Part shown: positions 26,216 through 39,139 of the stretch, piece by piece | How positions within the stretch are numbered: position 1 is the stretch's first letter | Layout of the letters: each line of letters opens with the position of its first letter | DNA from: the human T2T-CHM13v2.0 reference genome, Homo sapiens | DNA: 64,000 bases | Direction: 5' to 3' (one strand) | Assembly (NCBI RefSeq): GCF_009914755.1 | Contig: NC_060927.1 | Translations under genes and position numbers: made by a program | The notes under the pieces: model-generated | What the model was told of the DNA's origin: nothing | The model's database searches: none | What the model saw: only the letters and a program-made list of their open reading frames with translations

Positions 26216-28122
26216 GGATGACTTACATTCACCCTGTGTTTTATACCTTGGAATTCAAAGTTCCATACTTAATGGAAATGGGGAAAGCTTAGCAAGGGTT
26301 CAGAGCAAAGGCCAAAGAACCTTCCTTCCTTGTTTGCCCAAAATATTAAAGAGATAATTTGATAATGGTCATTAGTAAGATGATGTGTTAATAGATGTTC
26401 CTTACCTATAACTCAGATTAAACATTTAAAAAGGGGGTTTATGAAGTATGAGGGATTGAGTTGAGTTATAAAATTATTACATACTTCAGGAGATGTTAAA
26501 TCCTCATATGAAATACTCTGATGTCCCAGTGTAAGTTTTATGAAATACATTTGATCCCTATTTATCTGTGACAATTTAGTTAACATGCTACTAGAGGGCA
26601 GGACAGGTGAACCAGAAGAGTTCTAGGCTTTGGCTTCTCATAAAAGTTAAAAATGATCTGTAGAGCTTATCTTGAAATACTCTTTCATAAAATGTATGTG
26701 TATGATTCAATGACTGAGCCATCCCACATGCTAAGTTGACTACGGTCATAGGGAACCAACCTCATGTGAACTGTTTGATCCCATTATTGACCAGTCTTTA
26801 TCAATGCTTGGCAGAGGTCAAGGAAGTAAATCTAACACCTATAAAACAAATAAGCGATTTCCTTGTTTGCTTTTGAAAATGCCACTTACTGATTTTATTT
26901 TTCTTTACAGTTGTTAGCAGCTGTACACGGTCATATTATAATTGTCACATAACAACCTTAATTCAGGGACACATCTTTTGAAACAATGTATTATTCAGCA
27001 ACTTTGGGTAAACATGCAATTTAGGAGTGGAAAAGATGCACACAGACACAAGTAATCATAGATACAAAGCATGGTGAATTTCTGTGCCATGCACTTCACA
27101 CCCCAACTCATCTCGCAGGGAAACTAGAGAAGGGGCAGAACCATTTCTATTATGATAATTCACAAAGGGAGGCCATATAGATATGCATGCAAAGTCTCTC
27201 CCCACCTCTCCATTTACATGCCAGGATTTCAACTCTGCGACACTGAGTCCCTTCATTTAGCCAATTAGTCCTTCCAGCTTCATGTAATGCACGCCAAAAA
27301 GAAGGAGAAATAGAAGTGCTGACGTTCACTGCTTTGAAAGTTGCTATTCTAATGCCAAAGCTGCCTCTTGAGCAATTTCCAGAATGTATTAACATGGGAG
27401 CAAAGCGCTATTCCTAAAGACAGGGATCACATTATGCAGGGGAGCCCCGTTTAACATGTCACAATTGCACAGAACCTCCATCCCCTGCACGATCTTACAG
27501 TTGTAGTTTGCATGGGCTCAAGTTTACGGTCTTTACTTAGGTGAAACTTAGGAGGTCTTCCTAAAGAAAAGAAGGAATTTAAAAATATCTAGTAAGCAAG
27601 GCATGGCACATCTTTTGTACCATGGCATTGACCAAGTCCTTTTACTGTCATTCTGAAGAAAGCTGGTCAAGGTGTAAAGCAAACCGGCCTCTCAGTTTAG
27701 GACAGAGTGAAGGATTCTTCAGTTTCTTTCTTTCTTTCTTTTTTTAAATCAATTAAGTCTAGGTTCAATTTTAATTATTTTAATTTGGCAGACATCCCTA
27801 GAATTTTCCCTCCATATTAAGGACCAAGTTGAAAACCATTACATAATTGTGTAGCTGTGTATCTGAATGCCCTCTTATGCACGTGATTCTGATACTTAGT
27901 AGGCAACAAGGTGTCGCTCTGAAATTTGAAAAACCATTAATTCTTCAGCTGACCACCCTGTTTACAGCTGAAGCAGTGATAGAGATTTTAATATCGCCTT
28001 CTCCCTTACTCTTGGCAATGGATTTACAAAAGCCAGTTTGTGTCAGCCTGGCCCTCTACAAATTTAGCTGTTCTTTGCTTAAATCATGACATTTGCAAGA
28101 GATGACTGGACAAGTCCCCCAC

Positions 28123-28281
28123 TGAGGCAGCATAGCAGAGGTGAAGGGGCACTTGAAGTCCTATTTCTTCTACACGTTGTCTCTGCTTACTTCGACCACA
28201 TCTGTCTTCTAGGTCTCCTTTTCCCAATACACAAAATTTGAATACTGACTGAGACGATCCTGCAGGGTTCCTTCTAGCCCT
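28123..28281 (+). mobile_element. MIR3 SINE (degenerate)
   Basis: Head gaggcagcatagcagaggtgaaggggcactt and tail gatcctgcagggttccttctagccc. Confidence 0.55.
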
Positions 28282-28389
28282 TTTTTGCTTTTTTACCCTA
28301 AAACGCTCAAAATGATTTCTTTCTATGTCTTTGGCTTCTATAATTTATAATCTTGGCTCAATCTTCTCCCTTCATTTATTTCCTCAATA

Positions 28390-29540
28390 TTACCTTTTGT
28401 AACTCTTAAATATGCTGTCCCTCAAAGAACTATCTTAAGGCCATAGTTTTTTCTTCTTATACTCATGCATCTGAAGGGCTGATGCACTCATCCATCTTTT
28501 CTCATAATCTACCTCTTTTAGTTAGGGTTAACTAAGTTAGTTAACTTAGATAACACTTTCTCTTCAGAATATCTCTACTTAGATGGCTGCTAGCCCCTCA
28601 AAACCCAAATAATAAAAAGCATTCTCTCTTTCCTTTTAAATCATTCTGCTATACAAATTCTGTATAACCACAGTCTAATATATCCAATGCCTCGATCTTC
28701 TGCTAAACGTTCACATTTTAATATATTGCTTCTCATATAGAGCCACTTATCAAATTTAGAAATTTTCTTATGATGATGTTAACTCAAATATACCTTTTTA
28801 AACTAATATTCTTGGCCAGCTCCTAATCACATTGTACCTAGGATATGAAAATTGCCTCCTCAGCCGGGTGCGGTGGCTCACGCCTGTAATCCCAGCACTT
28901 TGGGAGGCCGAGGTGGGTGGATCATGAGGTCAGGAGATTGAGACCATCCTGGCTAACACGGTGAAACCCCATCTCTATTAAAAATACAAAAACAAAATTA
29001 GCTGGGCGTGGTGGCGGGCGCCTGTAGTCCCAGCTACTTGGGAGGCTGAGGCAGGAGAATGGCGTGAACCTGGAGGCGGAGCTTGTAGTGAGCCGAGATC
29101 GCGCCACTGCACTCCTGCCTGGGTGACAGAGCAAGACTCCATCTCAAAAAAAAAAAAAAAAAAAATTGCCTCCTCACTCCAAACATATTCTCAATGGTTT
29201 GACTGTCACAGTTCCCTCTTTAGTCCTCCAGTGGCTTTCTACCCTACTTCAGATCAATTGTGAATTATAGACTCCCAGCACTGAAAGCCCCCTCCCTGTA
29301 GGTCTGCTTGTCTAACCTGTCAGCATCCGGTGCCACTAAGGCCCACCTTAATCCACACAGCAAGTCGCTTTTGTCTTCTGGCTTCCTTCCGCTGAGAATA
29401 CACCCTCTCCATCTCTGAACTTTTTCCACATAAGCCTGCATCTACGGAATAATCCCTCATGCACTGAAGAACATCTTTCCTTCATTCAGATGATAACTTA
29501 AACCTCACTTATGCCAGAGAGATTTCCAAGATGATTACCA
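28390..29540 (+). mobile_element. L2 LINE fragment interrupted by AluY
   Basis: Pyrimidine-rich L2 motifs ctcttaaatatgctgtccctcaaag, atctctacttagatgg and cacattgtacctagga...ttgcctcct. It resumes after the Alu with cctccagtggctttc. Confidence 0.6.
28863..29165 (+). mobile_element. AluY, full length, with 15-bp target-site duplication
   Basis: AluY diagnostics gagaccatcctggctaacacggtgaaacccc and ggagaatggcgtgaacc; A20 tail; TSD aaaattgcctcctca at 28848-28862 and 29162-29176. Confidence 0.97.
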
Positions 29541-29799
29541 GCCAACTGTTAACCCTCTAAAACAAGGTAAGAACCACTCCACCCACCTTTCCACACATTT
29601 CAGAAAAAAATTATATTTTTAATTGTGTATTGTAGTTGTTTATAAATTATTTTGATGGCAGCAAAATATGGTATTTAATACAGTTTATTTATTGCCTTGC
29701 AACTTTTAAGTCTTGATTTCAAATTGGTATAAAAAACAAAAATGAAAAAAGTCCCATTTTGTTACTTTAATATATATAAAGCCATTTAAGTCTCATGCT

Positions 29800-29868
29800 T
29801 TTTGAGATCTGTCAACCGCTATGCACATGATAGGTATCACTAAACACACACTTGTTGAATTGAATTGA
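29800..29868 (+). mobile_element. L2 3'-end fragment
   Basis: gcacatgataggtatcactaaac...ttgttgaattgaattga. Confidence 0.5.
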
Positions 29869-31609
29869 GGAGGAACCATCTTAAACAGTTTACTCACAGA
29901 GGAGGAAGGAATCAGAAGACTATGAACATAAATATTCCATAGCAGCATCTGAGTGTAACAAGAAATAATACCAAAATGAGAGTTTCCCAAATTTCTCTCA
30001 CCCTCTTGATTGTTTAATATTATATTCATAAAACTATATTTTTAAAAACAGCTTTGATTTTAAAACGTTAAATTTACACACCAAGAAGTAGACACTAGCA
30101 AAGTCTCATAGTCTGATTTATTTCTCTGTAATATATCTGTCTTGAGAACATCAGCAGGAATACACCAAAGAAATATGTCCCTCACGGGATCAACTATATA
30201 AAAAGACAGAACACATCATCAGCACAAAAATCATTATCCATCTAATTTCTCCCATTCTAGATGGCTCCAGTGAGCCCCTCGATCATTACTGACTAGGGTT
30301 AAGATAGAGCTTAATGGATTAATTAAGCCAAAGCAGGACTGCAATGCAGACCGAAGAGGAGAAGGTCCTGACACAGATGAGACAACAACTCTGTTCCTCT
30401 TTTATTCAAATGTGCAAGACTTGCCCACCCCCAAGTACTACACATTTATACTGTAAATAGTCTCCAAAAATAAGATTTGGTGTCTGCTGTCTGGGTCTTC
30501 CCCTCAGCACTCACCAACATCTAATACTTGGGTGTTAATCAAAATGTATCGTGTAATAAGAAATTAAATGTTAAGACTTTCTTTTTCTTCAGAAACGTGG
30601 AGAATGATTGTTAACAGAGGTAAAGCAGTAGAGGCAGAGCACTCGTTTTGGCAATCAAGGAGCACCAACTAAGGGAGAGGTTATTGTTTGAATGTCAATG
30701 TGACTCTGAGAGAGGGCCAGGGACACAGAATATTCACAAAGAGCTGAAAGGAAGAAGTGCCCACAGCCATAAAGTCACGGGGACTGGGGGGCATGCCCAA
30801 AGGCATCTGTCGTAATAGAAACCTTGAGATTTGTTCATTTAAAGGGGATTTTGAAATTCAAATGTAAAAAGAGAACAAGATAATCCAAAGGGCACAATTT
30901 GGGGCCTTTTTCTTCTTGTAAAAAGAAGAGAAAATAGAGAGAATCCCCCATACCCCCCAACAAAGTACTGTACCATAGTGGCAGTTTACCCTCACTTTTA
31001 CGAACCAAATCAACATATTAATGACTTAAAAACCACGTTCACAATGGGGACAATCAGACTCTATCAGACACAACATTAAATACGCAGGTATTAAAAGAAA
31101 AAAATGCAAACTACCAAGAAATACCTCACTCCGGAAATGGTAAGGCTGACGAAAGCAGACTATGTCATTAATACCAAGCACACCAGAAAAGCATCTATGG
31201 AGCTAGACTGGGAGGGACAGGCCTCATTTGCACCAAAGAGGAAGTGCCCTGAAGGGGCCCAGAAGTGGGGAACTGGGTAGATTTTAGTCTTTTTCTTTTT
31301 TTGGTAGGTGGGGGGAATGACAGAAACCTGGCAGGCTCCTGTGGAGGTCTGGCTGCCCCCACCATGTTGAGTCCCAGTGTCTAAGTAAGTAAAGAAATGA
31401 AAAGACACCTATCTCAATGGTTGTCCTGAAACAGTTTTAAAAGCAAGTACAAGTCCCCAGCCCCTAGTAGAATACAAATAATTTCATTTGTGATTCTTGC
31501 ATCAAGGAAAAAACTTGTGCTAAGTTCAAACAATAGGATACCTCTCAAAAAGATATGACTTCTCACTAGAGAGAAAGAATCAAATTCTGGAGTGGGAAGT
31601 GTTTTTTAC

Positions 31610-31697
31610 CTTAGTGATCTTTTAGTCATTTTGTAAATGAGGAAACTGAGGACTTGCCAATGGTCACAGAAGTTAATTCTGTAGTTGGCAATTCTAG
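31610..31697 (-). mobile_element. MIR core fragment
   Basis: cattttgtaaatgaggaaactgagg...acttgccaatggtcacag. Confidence 0.75.
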
Positions 31698-31919
31698 CAG
31701 TAATGAATTTACAGATAGATTTGGGGCTATGAGGAATCCAGTGGAATTGGGTCCTTCAAGGCCTTTTATTTAAACAATTATACATATATATACAAAAAAA
31801 GATACAGGGGGAGAGATCTATAGATATAGATAAGTCTGTATAAAATATATTGCTGGGTAGTAAAAAGAGGACCGGTGTTGTAGCATTTTCACTACCATGG
31901 TCAAGAAGCCACGGACTAG

Positions 31920-32035
31920 ATTCATTTGTTCAGTGAACAAACAGTTACTGAACTCTGTGTGCAAGTATTATAAAAGTAAAAAAGTACGATTAGACATAGT
32001 TTGTGCTGTTTCAAAAAGAGTTAACAGTATAGTTG
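31920..32035 (-). mobile_element. L2 3'-end fragment
   Basis: ttcatttgttcagtgaacaaacagttactgaactctgtgtgcaag...agacatagtttgtgct. Confidence 0.6.
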
Positions 32036-32433
32036 TTTTATATCTACAATACAACCTCTTAAATAATCAAGTAGTCAAACTAATTCCTATTGGATTAATA
32101 CAAATCATAATCATTAATTTTGAATCTTGAGAGAAGGCATAAACTCTGCATTATATTTTAGTTAGACACTGGAAATAATCTGGAATGTTTCTGGTACCCC
32201 ACATCTAAAGATTGGATTTCAGCTATTCGGTGCATTTGGATGTTTTTTTCCCTTTAGAATCCATCCTAAATTCAATGCCCTAACTCGGTAGCTCAGAAAC
32301 AGAGCTCTCTAGGCATTGCTGCTCTCCTTCTGCCCAGTCTCTGAGAGGGTATTGAGGTTGAGGATGGGGATGAAACTAAGAATAAGGCAGAGAACGTTGC
32401 TAAGTCATGCTTCTTTCAGATCTAACACATTTG

Positions 32434-32788
32434 TAGTCAGACCTCTGGCCCTCCGTATCCATGGGTTCTATATCCGCAAATGGAAAATATTTGGAAAAAA
32501 AAACCCTCCAATAAAAAATAATGATACCACAATGAAAAATAACACAAACAAAGAAACAGTGCAGTATAACAGCTATTTACATAGACCTTACATTGCATTA
32601 GGTATTATAAGTAATTTAGAGATGATTTAAAGTACACGGAAGGATGTGCATGGGTTATATGCAAATACTATCCCATTTTATATTAGGGACTTGAGCATTT
32701 GTTGATTTCGGTATCTGTGTGGTGGGCTGGGGTGGGATGGGGTGTCCTGGAACCAGTGCCCTGCTGATTGGATATCAAGGGATGACTG
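32434..32788 (+). mobile_element. Tigger3a (MER7-type) TcMar-Tigger MITE
   Basis: ggccctccgtatccatgggttc...cagtataacagctatttacatag...taggtattataagtaatttagagatgatttaaagtac...gtcctggaacca...ggatatcaagggatgactg followed by TA. Confidence 0.92.
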
Positions 32789-32993
32789 TACTTAATCTCC
32801 AAGTCATTTCCCTTACAGTTATATTTTAGTATATGGCAAAGCACAATGATTTCCTTTGAGATGAACAAAAATTGAGTAGCTAAAACCTAATGAATACAAT
32901 TAGTTTAAGTAATCTGGTTATGGAGAAAAATCACTAGTAGTAAAGAAGTGATCATATTACCCAAGCATTTCTCTTAAAAAGAAGAAAGGAGAA

Positions 32994-33222
32994 AGATAAC
33001 ATGTGAGTGCCTACTACATTTCAGTACTATGCTAGGTTCTTTACACAAATTAGCTCATTTAATTCTCATAAACATCTCCCAGAGCAGAGATTGTTTCCAT
33101 TTCTTCTGGTAAAGAAACTGAGGCACAGCAAGATTGTGTTTTGAGCAGACATACAAAGCTAGAAAGTAATTTATGGCACTCATATTTGGATCCAAGTTTG
33201 TCCATCTACAAAGCCTATAAGC
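32994..33222 (-). mobile_element. MIR SINE (MIRb-like)
   Basis: tgagtgcctactac...ctcatttaattctca...aagaaactgaggcacag. Confidence 0.85.
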
Positions 33223-33695
33223 CTGCTAAGGGAGAAACCCAAAAATGAAACAACAATGAATGCCACTGGCAGTCTTTTTATTGGATATCTACTATATGAT
33301 GCTAAGTTATGTGCCCAATTAATTCGAATATAAACACACATTTTCTGCCACCTTGATGTTTAAATATATGAGCATGAGCAAACTAACATTTGGATCCACC
33401 ATAGAATATTGATGTAGAAAATTCAAATCACTCATGTATTTTTTTAATTTTAGAAGACAATTTACCTGATGTTGCAAAGTTATCATGCAAAAATTAATGC
33501 TAAAAACATAAAAAATACCCTATAAACTCTTTCAGTGCCAGGGAACATCATGCACTGCTCCTACAAAAACCTGGCACAGTGAATTCCCTGTTAACTGCCA
33601 GTAGATAGGGTTTTATCCTTAAAAATATTTAAAGGTGAGCACATAGTCTGCTTCATTTTTACTCCAGGGTTGGCATTCTCACTGCCTCTACTTAC

Positions 33696-33882
33696 CTTGT
33701 TTTCTGTAAAGTGTGGAAAGGAAAACAAGTGAATTTTTCTCTCATATATGAAGGCCTAGATGTGGGGAAAGGTTGTTTAAATGAAAACATGGAGTTTCTC
33801 CTCGTGCTAAGCTGGGGCATTTGGAGAGTCCCCTCCTCCCTGTGCCCCTCCATCCACACAAACATACACCCCAGTTCACGTT
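33696..33882 (-). other. Candidate 187-nt exon (alternative 8-nt form 33696-33703)
   Basis: Consensus donor AAG|gtaagt. Distal acceptor lies after an 88-nt AG-free pyrimidine tract; proximal acceptor is ttccacactttacag|. Confidence 0.4.
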
Positions 33883-36162
33883 CTAGTTTCACGCGGGATA
33901 GGAAAAGAAAACGAAAAACAGAAAAAGCAGGAAAAAGTACAGAAGAAGAAGGAGGAAGGATAGGAAGAGGGTCTAAGGAAGTAGTGTAGTCTTCCAGAGT
34001 GCTCCAGAAAGTGAAACGATGAAAAGGGTGAGCCTCAAGAGCAAGGCACCTCCCAGCTCTCCATGGATGAAGAGTCTCTATCAGCTCCAGAACTAAAACC
34101 CTCAGTAGGCAGGATGGTGCTAAAAGAAGAAAAACTCTGGAAGGGGGTCAGAGACGGATATTGCAGAGCTTTCTAGCCCCTTCTACATTACGTATAAAAA
34201 CGATTATTCAAGAAATAATGTAATTTTCCAGAGCATGTTCAAATGCAAGAAAAAGGTGCATTCTAAGATTAAATGTACTATGACAGCTAATGATTCATTA
34301 TGTTAAAGTTATTTATTATTTACAATTATTTTCTATTTATGACATTGTAGTCTTTCATTGACACTTGATAATCAAGAGTTGACAAAATACCATTTGAACT
34401 GCTTTGCTAAAGAACAAGAAAAGAGGGATTAAGGTAGACAGGAAGTGCGTCCACCAACAATAAAAAGGACACATGACTCATACCCCAATATTAATGACAA
34501 AAATATCTATAGTGAGATCCTAAAGTTCTGGGTATTTGTCTAATTTTTCCACAATCAGAACCAAAGGTAAAAACAGCATTGACAGCTACTGCAGTTTGGT
34601 CTGTTTAACAGACCAAATGCTGGGATTTCAAAGATTCATGGCTGGGATTCCAAAGATTTGTCCATGTTGGAAACAGCATTCACAGTAGCTTTTCGGTCAA
34701 GTGGCACAAAGGAGTGAAAAGGTAGAAAAGGAAACATTAGCACCAAAAATCTCTAGTCATCTTTTACCACCTTAACATGGGTTAGCTGAAGGCCATGGAG
34801 AATAACGGATGTGCAGTTGTCTCTTTCTTATACAGACAGCAGAGAGAGGGGGGAAAACCACACACTTATATTTTGCTAATGTAAAAGTCCCAGTGGAAAC
34901 ATTAGCACTCAAAGACATTAATGTGGATTTGGGACACTCCCTGAAGGATTTTGATTCCATTAGAAAAAAAAAAAAAAGACAGTGACAGATATAATCCTGC
35001 TTTGATATGTTTAATGCCATTTAAAGAGAAACTGTACCCATTTACCTCAGGCCAGGACACCAAGAGTTCAAAAAGTGAAATACCATTTCTCAGTGCAAAG
35101 AAAAAGCTTGGAAAATATTATGTGAAAATTAATTTGGCATGCTTCTTTGAAATTTTAGATTTCTGGGATGAGCAAATGGGTACAGTTTTCTTTTAACTGT
35201 TTTTGAACACCATGTGTTGAGAAGAAAACAACAGAATGGCAATTGCTCATCCAAAATGCTAACTTGTGGCATGGCACAGTCAAGATGGCCTGCCACAGCC
35301 AAAAAGCAGGTGTGTGCTATGCCTCTCACTTCAGTAGCATGCACGCCACATGTCCCTGCATTCGGCAACCTCTTGCATTTGCTTTTGGAACCTTTCTGAG
35401 GGGGACAGTAAACATGACTCAACAGAATGTCTAGCTGAGGAGGGACTGGCTCTCTGAGCCTGCTGTGAGACAGACTTTTTGAGGAAGAACCAAAGGAAAA
35501 CTGGAATAATGTATTTATTTTGGAATTCTTTGGTATCACTTCCTGTGACCTAACACCAAGACGACTGGTTCCAGATCATTTTGTGTGGATGAAATTTAGC
35601 ATCTAATCAGGTCGGAGAGTAATGGTGAAGCTTTTGTGTGACTGGAGAGGACACATTAAATCAGCTACCTCATTTGGACTGAGGTCAAGGTTAATGTAGC
35701 TGGTACAGATCATACGAACCTAACCTAAAAGCTTAGAGTAATAAACTCCTCACCCCTCAGGTCCATGGATAAGCTTGAAACAGGGTGTACAAAACCATTT
35801 GGTGTGCTGGGATGCCAAAGCTTCTTCAATCTGACATTATGAATCTGTTATTATGTTACTCTAGGAATTAAAATAGTTTTACGTAGATATAGGTCCTTTT
35901 CAACTATACAACAGTCCTATGAGGGAGACGAGGAAACAGAAAAAAAAGATTTTCCTTCTGCCCTGTAAGAAGCCTGATAAAGAGGCCAAGTTAAAAGTCA
36001 TGACCACGTCTAAGCTCAAGTCAGGAACCACTTGGAATGAAATCCCAGGATATCTGTGCTGTAGGAATAGACAAGGTCTGAAGATAAAGAAGTAGATGAA
36101 AATCAAAATTACTATTTTAGAAGACAGGAGTGGGACACCTCTACTTTATTCTATACTTTTAA

Positions 36163-36600
36163 TAAATACATCAATAATAATTTATTAAAAACCTACTATG
36201 TGCAAATGTCAAGAGTGGGGAAGAATGAAACCTATAAGTAATAAACTGGAAAGAAAAAACATCCTTAAGCTTTTCTGATGTAACTGAGTGATGTTCTCTG
36301 CTTCTGAGTAGAAATTTATGGATTCAGAAAAGGTAATTTCTTTCCAAACACTCACATGCCATTGTTAATTTCACTCATTCAAATCACAACATTTACTACT
36401 ATACCTTTTATTTCTGATGGCACATTCTAGGTGTTGAGGGGGATACAACTGTGTGTAAGTACAGTCTCTGTATTTATTAAGCTTACTGTGCAGTGGCAGG
36501 AGGAATGAGACATATAAACATGCTCTAGTATAAGACAGTATGTAATCAGTGCCACAGGAGACATACAAATAAGTGCTTTAGCAGTTCGGAAGAAGCAAGT
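36163..36600 (-). mobile_element. L2 3'-end fragments (two pieces, ~36163-36240 and ~36370-36600)
   Basis: aataatttattaaaaacctactatgtgc and ttcactcattcaaatcacaacatttact...ggcacattctaggtgttgagggggataca. Confidence 0.7.
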
Positions 36601-37338
36601 CCTCCTGGCTATAGAACCACCCCTCCATAGACATACTGAAATGACTCAATGCACAGAAAGGAAGGATCTGTACAACTTTAAGTCAACTTACAATTGATGT
36701 GCATTAGGGGATTGGAGGGTTAGCTAGGCTGTGAGGGGAGGGATGTGCTCACTGTGTCCACAGCTCCTCTCACACTGGGTCACCCCATAATTAATGTTTA
36801 TCAAAAACATGCATGGATAAAAGTGGAAGTCAATTGAATGACAGACCAGGTCAATGGGTCTGTGTTAGTTCTAGATATTTTAGATGATTATTAACACCCT
36901 GCTAGAAGTTGGCATTATAAGAACATCATTTTCTTCCCACACTAGTGTAAAAAGTTCAGTTTTTTACCCATTCCAGAGTGATGGGAAGTAAAATTCAGGG
37001 CTTCAGTCTTCCAAATGAGGGAAATACTTGGCCTGTGCAAAATGCTCTCGGTAGGGGTATCAAAATGTCTTTCAAAACAGCAAAAAATACATTTCCTGAT
37101 AGCCCCTAAGGAGTATGAGTTGGAATCCATGTTCTCTAGATGTGACGATGGAGTTCGGGAGAGGCAGGTATGCTAGGATCCATATAAGATCGTATTTCCC
37201 ATGGTAGTGGGAAATAGAATTTGAATGTCCTGGCTTCTAGGTCTGGGTTCTTCCTACAGAAACATCTTTTTCATTTTGTATTCCTCTTGGACACTCTAGT
37301 CCTTTACCTCATGAAGAGTAGCCTTCTGCAATTGGGGG

Positions 37339-37394
<56 letters not shown>
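37339..37394. repeat. (GT)n microsatellite, ~28 units with one interruption
   Basis: Read directly. Confidence 0.97.
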
Positions 37395-37396
<2 letters not shown>

Positions 37397-38094
37397 CTTT
37401 CTAAGAGAGAGGATAGCCTTACTGATGTGCTTTTGTAAAGGATTCAAGGTTGTCTGGATCCTCAAATAATGCAATTGAAAAAATACGGTTTCTTTGATTC
37501 AATGGTGCTTACATTTGAGCAGCGTTTTCTTTTTCCATTCTCAAACACAGTATTTGAGACTATCTGCCAACAATAAAAAGGTTTAGAGCATCAAAAGTGT
37601 AGGCGAACCAAATCAGAATTAATCTCTGTGAAAACCGAGATTCAGGCGCATGGAAAAAGTTTAGGAAAAAATCCAGGTGGGAGGCAATCCCATAGAAAGG
37701 TGTCTGGCATCTTTCCTGATTCAAAGTGAGGTGTAGTAGGACACATGTGGAAGAGAGATGAGCGGTTCTAGCTATTCATATGATCCATTGTCTCACCAAT
37801 GCTCACACAACTTGGGACTGTGTTATCAGGGGGCCATTTGATTTATCATGTAGTCCATGTATCCTATTGTATGTATGATCCGGAGAGAGGTTAATAAAGG
37901 GAAGTCTAAGCTTAACTGGGACTAAAATGAGGTGGCAAACAGCCATTCACTCAAACAAGACTCACCAGATTAATCTGTGGAGTATCCAGCAGCATTTCCT
38001 TTTATTATCATATGAAAAGCTGTGCATTTTATTGGAAAATAATTAACTCTTTAAAAAAAAAAACTTGCACACCATAGCAGCAAAAGGGAGGAAG

Positions 38095-38350
38095 ATAACA
38101 GTGATCACTTCTGAACACCTGGTACACGTTTGGCACTGTTTTTCTTTATGCATGGATTTCTTTACATATGTTATCTCATTTGATCTTCATACCAACTACG
38201 AATGATTGATATTTTGCCCATTTTTTTTGTATAAGAATCCTAAGGTTCAGAGAAGTTACGTAAATATCCTTTGGTCACACAGCTAGTAGGGACTAAGCTG
38301 GAATTCAAATTGGAGCAGTAGGACACAAAGCCTGTGCTCCTCACCATGCC
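38095..38350 (-). mobile_element. MIR SINE (near full length)
   Basis: ctttacatatgttatctcatttgatcttca...aaggttcagagaagtta...ggtcacacagctagta...gctggaattcaaa. Confidence 0.88.
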
Positions 38351-39139
38351 TTGCCAGGCCAGACTTCATGTGCTTTTCATGGCATGAAATCAGTGTTGGG
38401 GGAATTCTGCCCAGCATCTCTGGTTAGCAGAGTGAATTGCTTTTATCATTTGCCAACATGTCACAGAAAAAAACAAAACAACAAAAAAATTAAAACTCCT
38501 GGCTCTAGATTTCCTATCAACCTGAAGTTTGGCTTGGTTACATATTATTTGAATATCTGACAATCTTATAAAAAGTCTAACGAGAATAAAAAAATTCTTC
38601 ATTTATGCTAGCTCCTATGTTAGCTAAAAATCTCCTATTCCTACATAACAATGTGCCTGGGGAACTCTCTCACTGCCAGAAACTCATCTGAAAATGCTGA
38701 AAAGTCAGAATTTGGGGCCTATATACTGACTAATGTTACCAGCTGTGAGTCAGCTTGAACATCAGTAATATGATATTTCCCGCTACAATTTGATTTGGTT
38801 AAAATGTGTTTGAAGTTCACCCTTTTATTAACTGGAATTACCACCTCCTGTAACTGGAGGGCCTCTGAGAACAGGCTGCTGGTGCAATCCACCTTCCCAC
38901 CCGCCAACGGTGCATTTCCTGGCAACAAATACTATTAAATTGATAACTACAGAAATAGGTCAAAATGTCTTTTCAATAGTTGCTAATATTTCTCTAATGC
39001 TCCATAGCCTCCCTTTGATTCTTGTGCTGACATTTTTTTTTGATGAGTGCAGGAGCAACAACTGTTAAAGAGAAATGACCAGAAGAAAGGAAAGCTGGCT
39101 GGGGTGGATGGAGGTGCTCTTAGGAGTTCCTGTATCAGA

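Noticed and set aside
28922-29134. 70-aa ORF resembling database 'hypothetical proteins'
   Set aside because: Antisense translation of the AluY.
32316-32868. ORFs of 104 and 61 aa
   Set aside because: They overlap a non-autonomous Tigger3a and have no transposase motifs.
35129-35539. Longest ORF (136 aa)
   Set aside because: Non-ATG start, no domain features and no convincing flanking splice sites.
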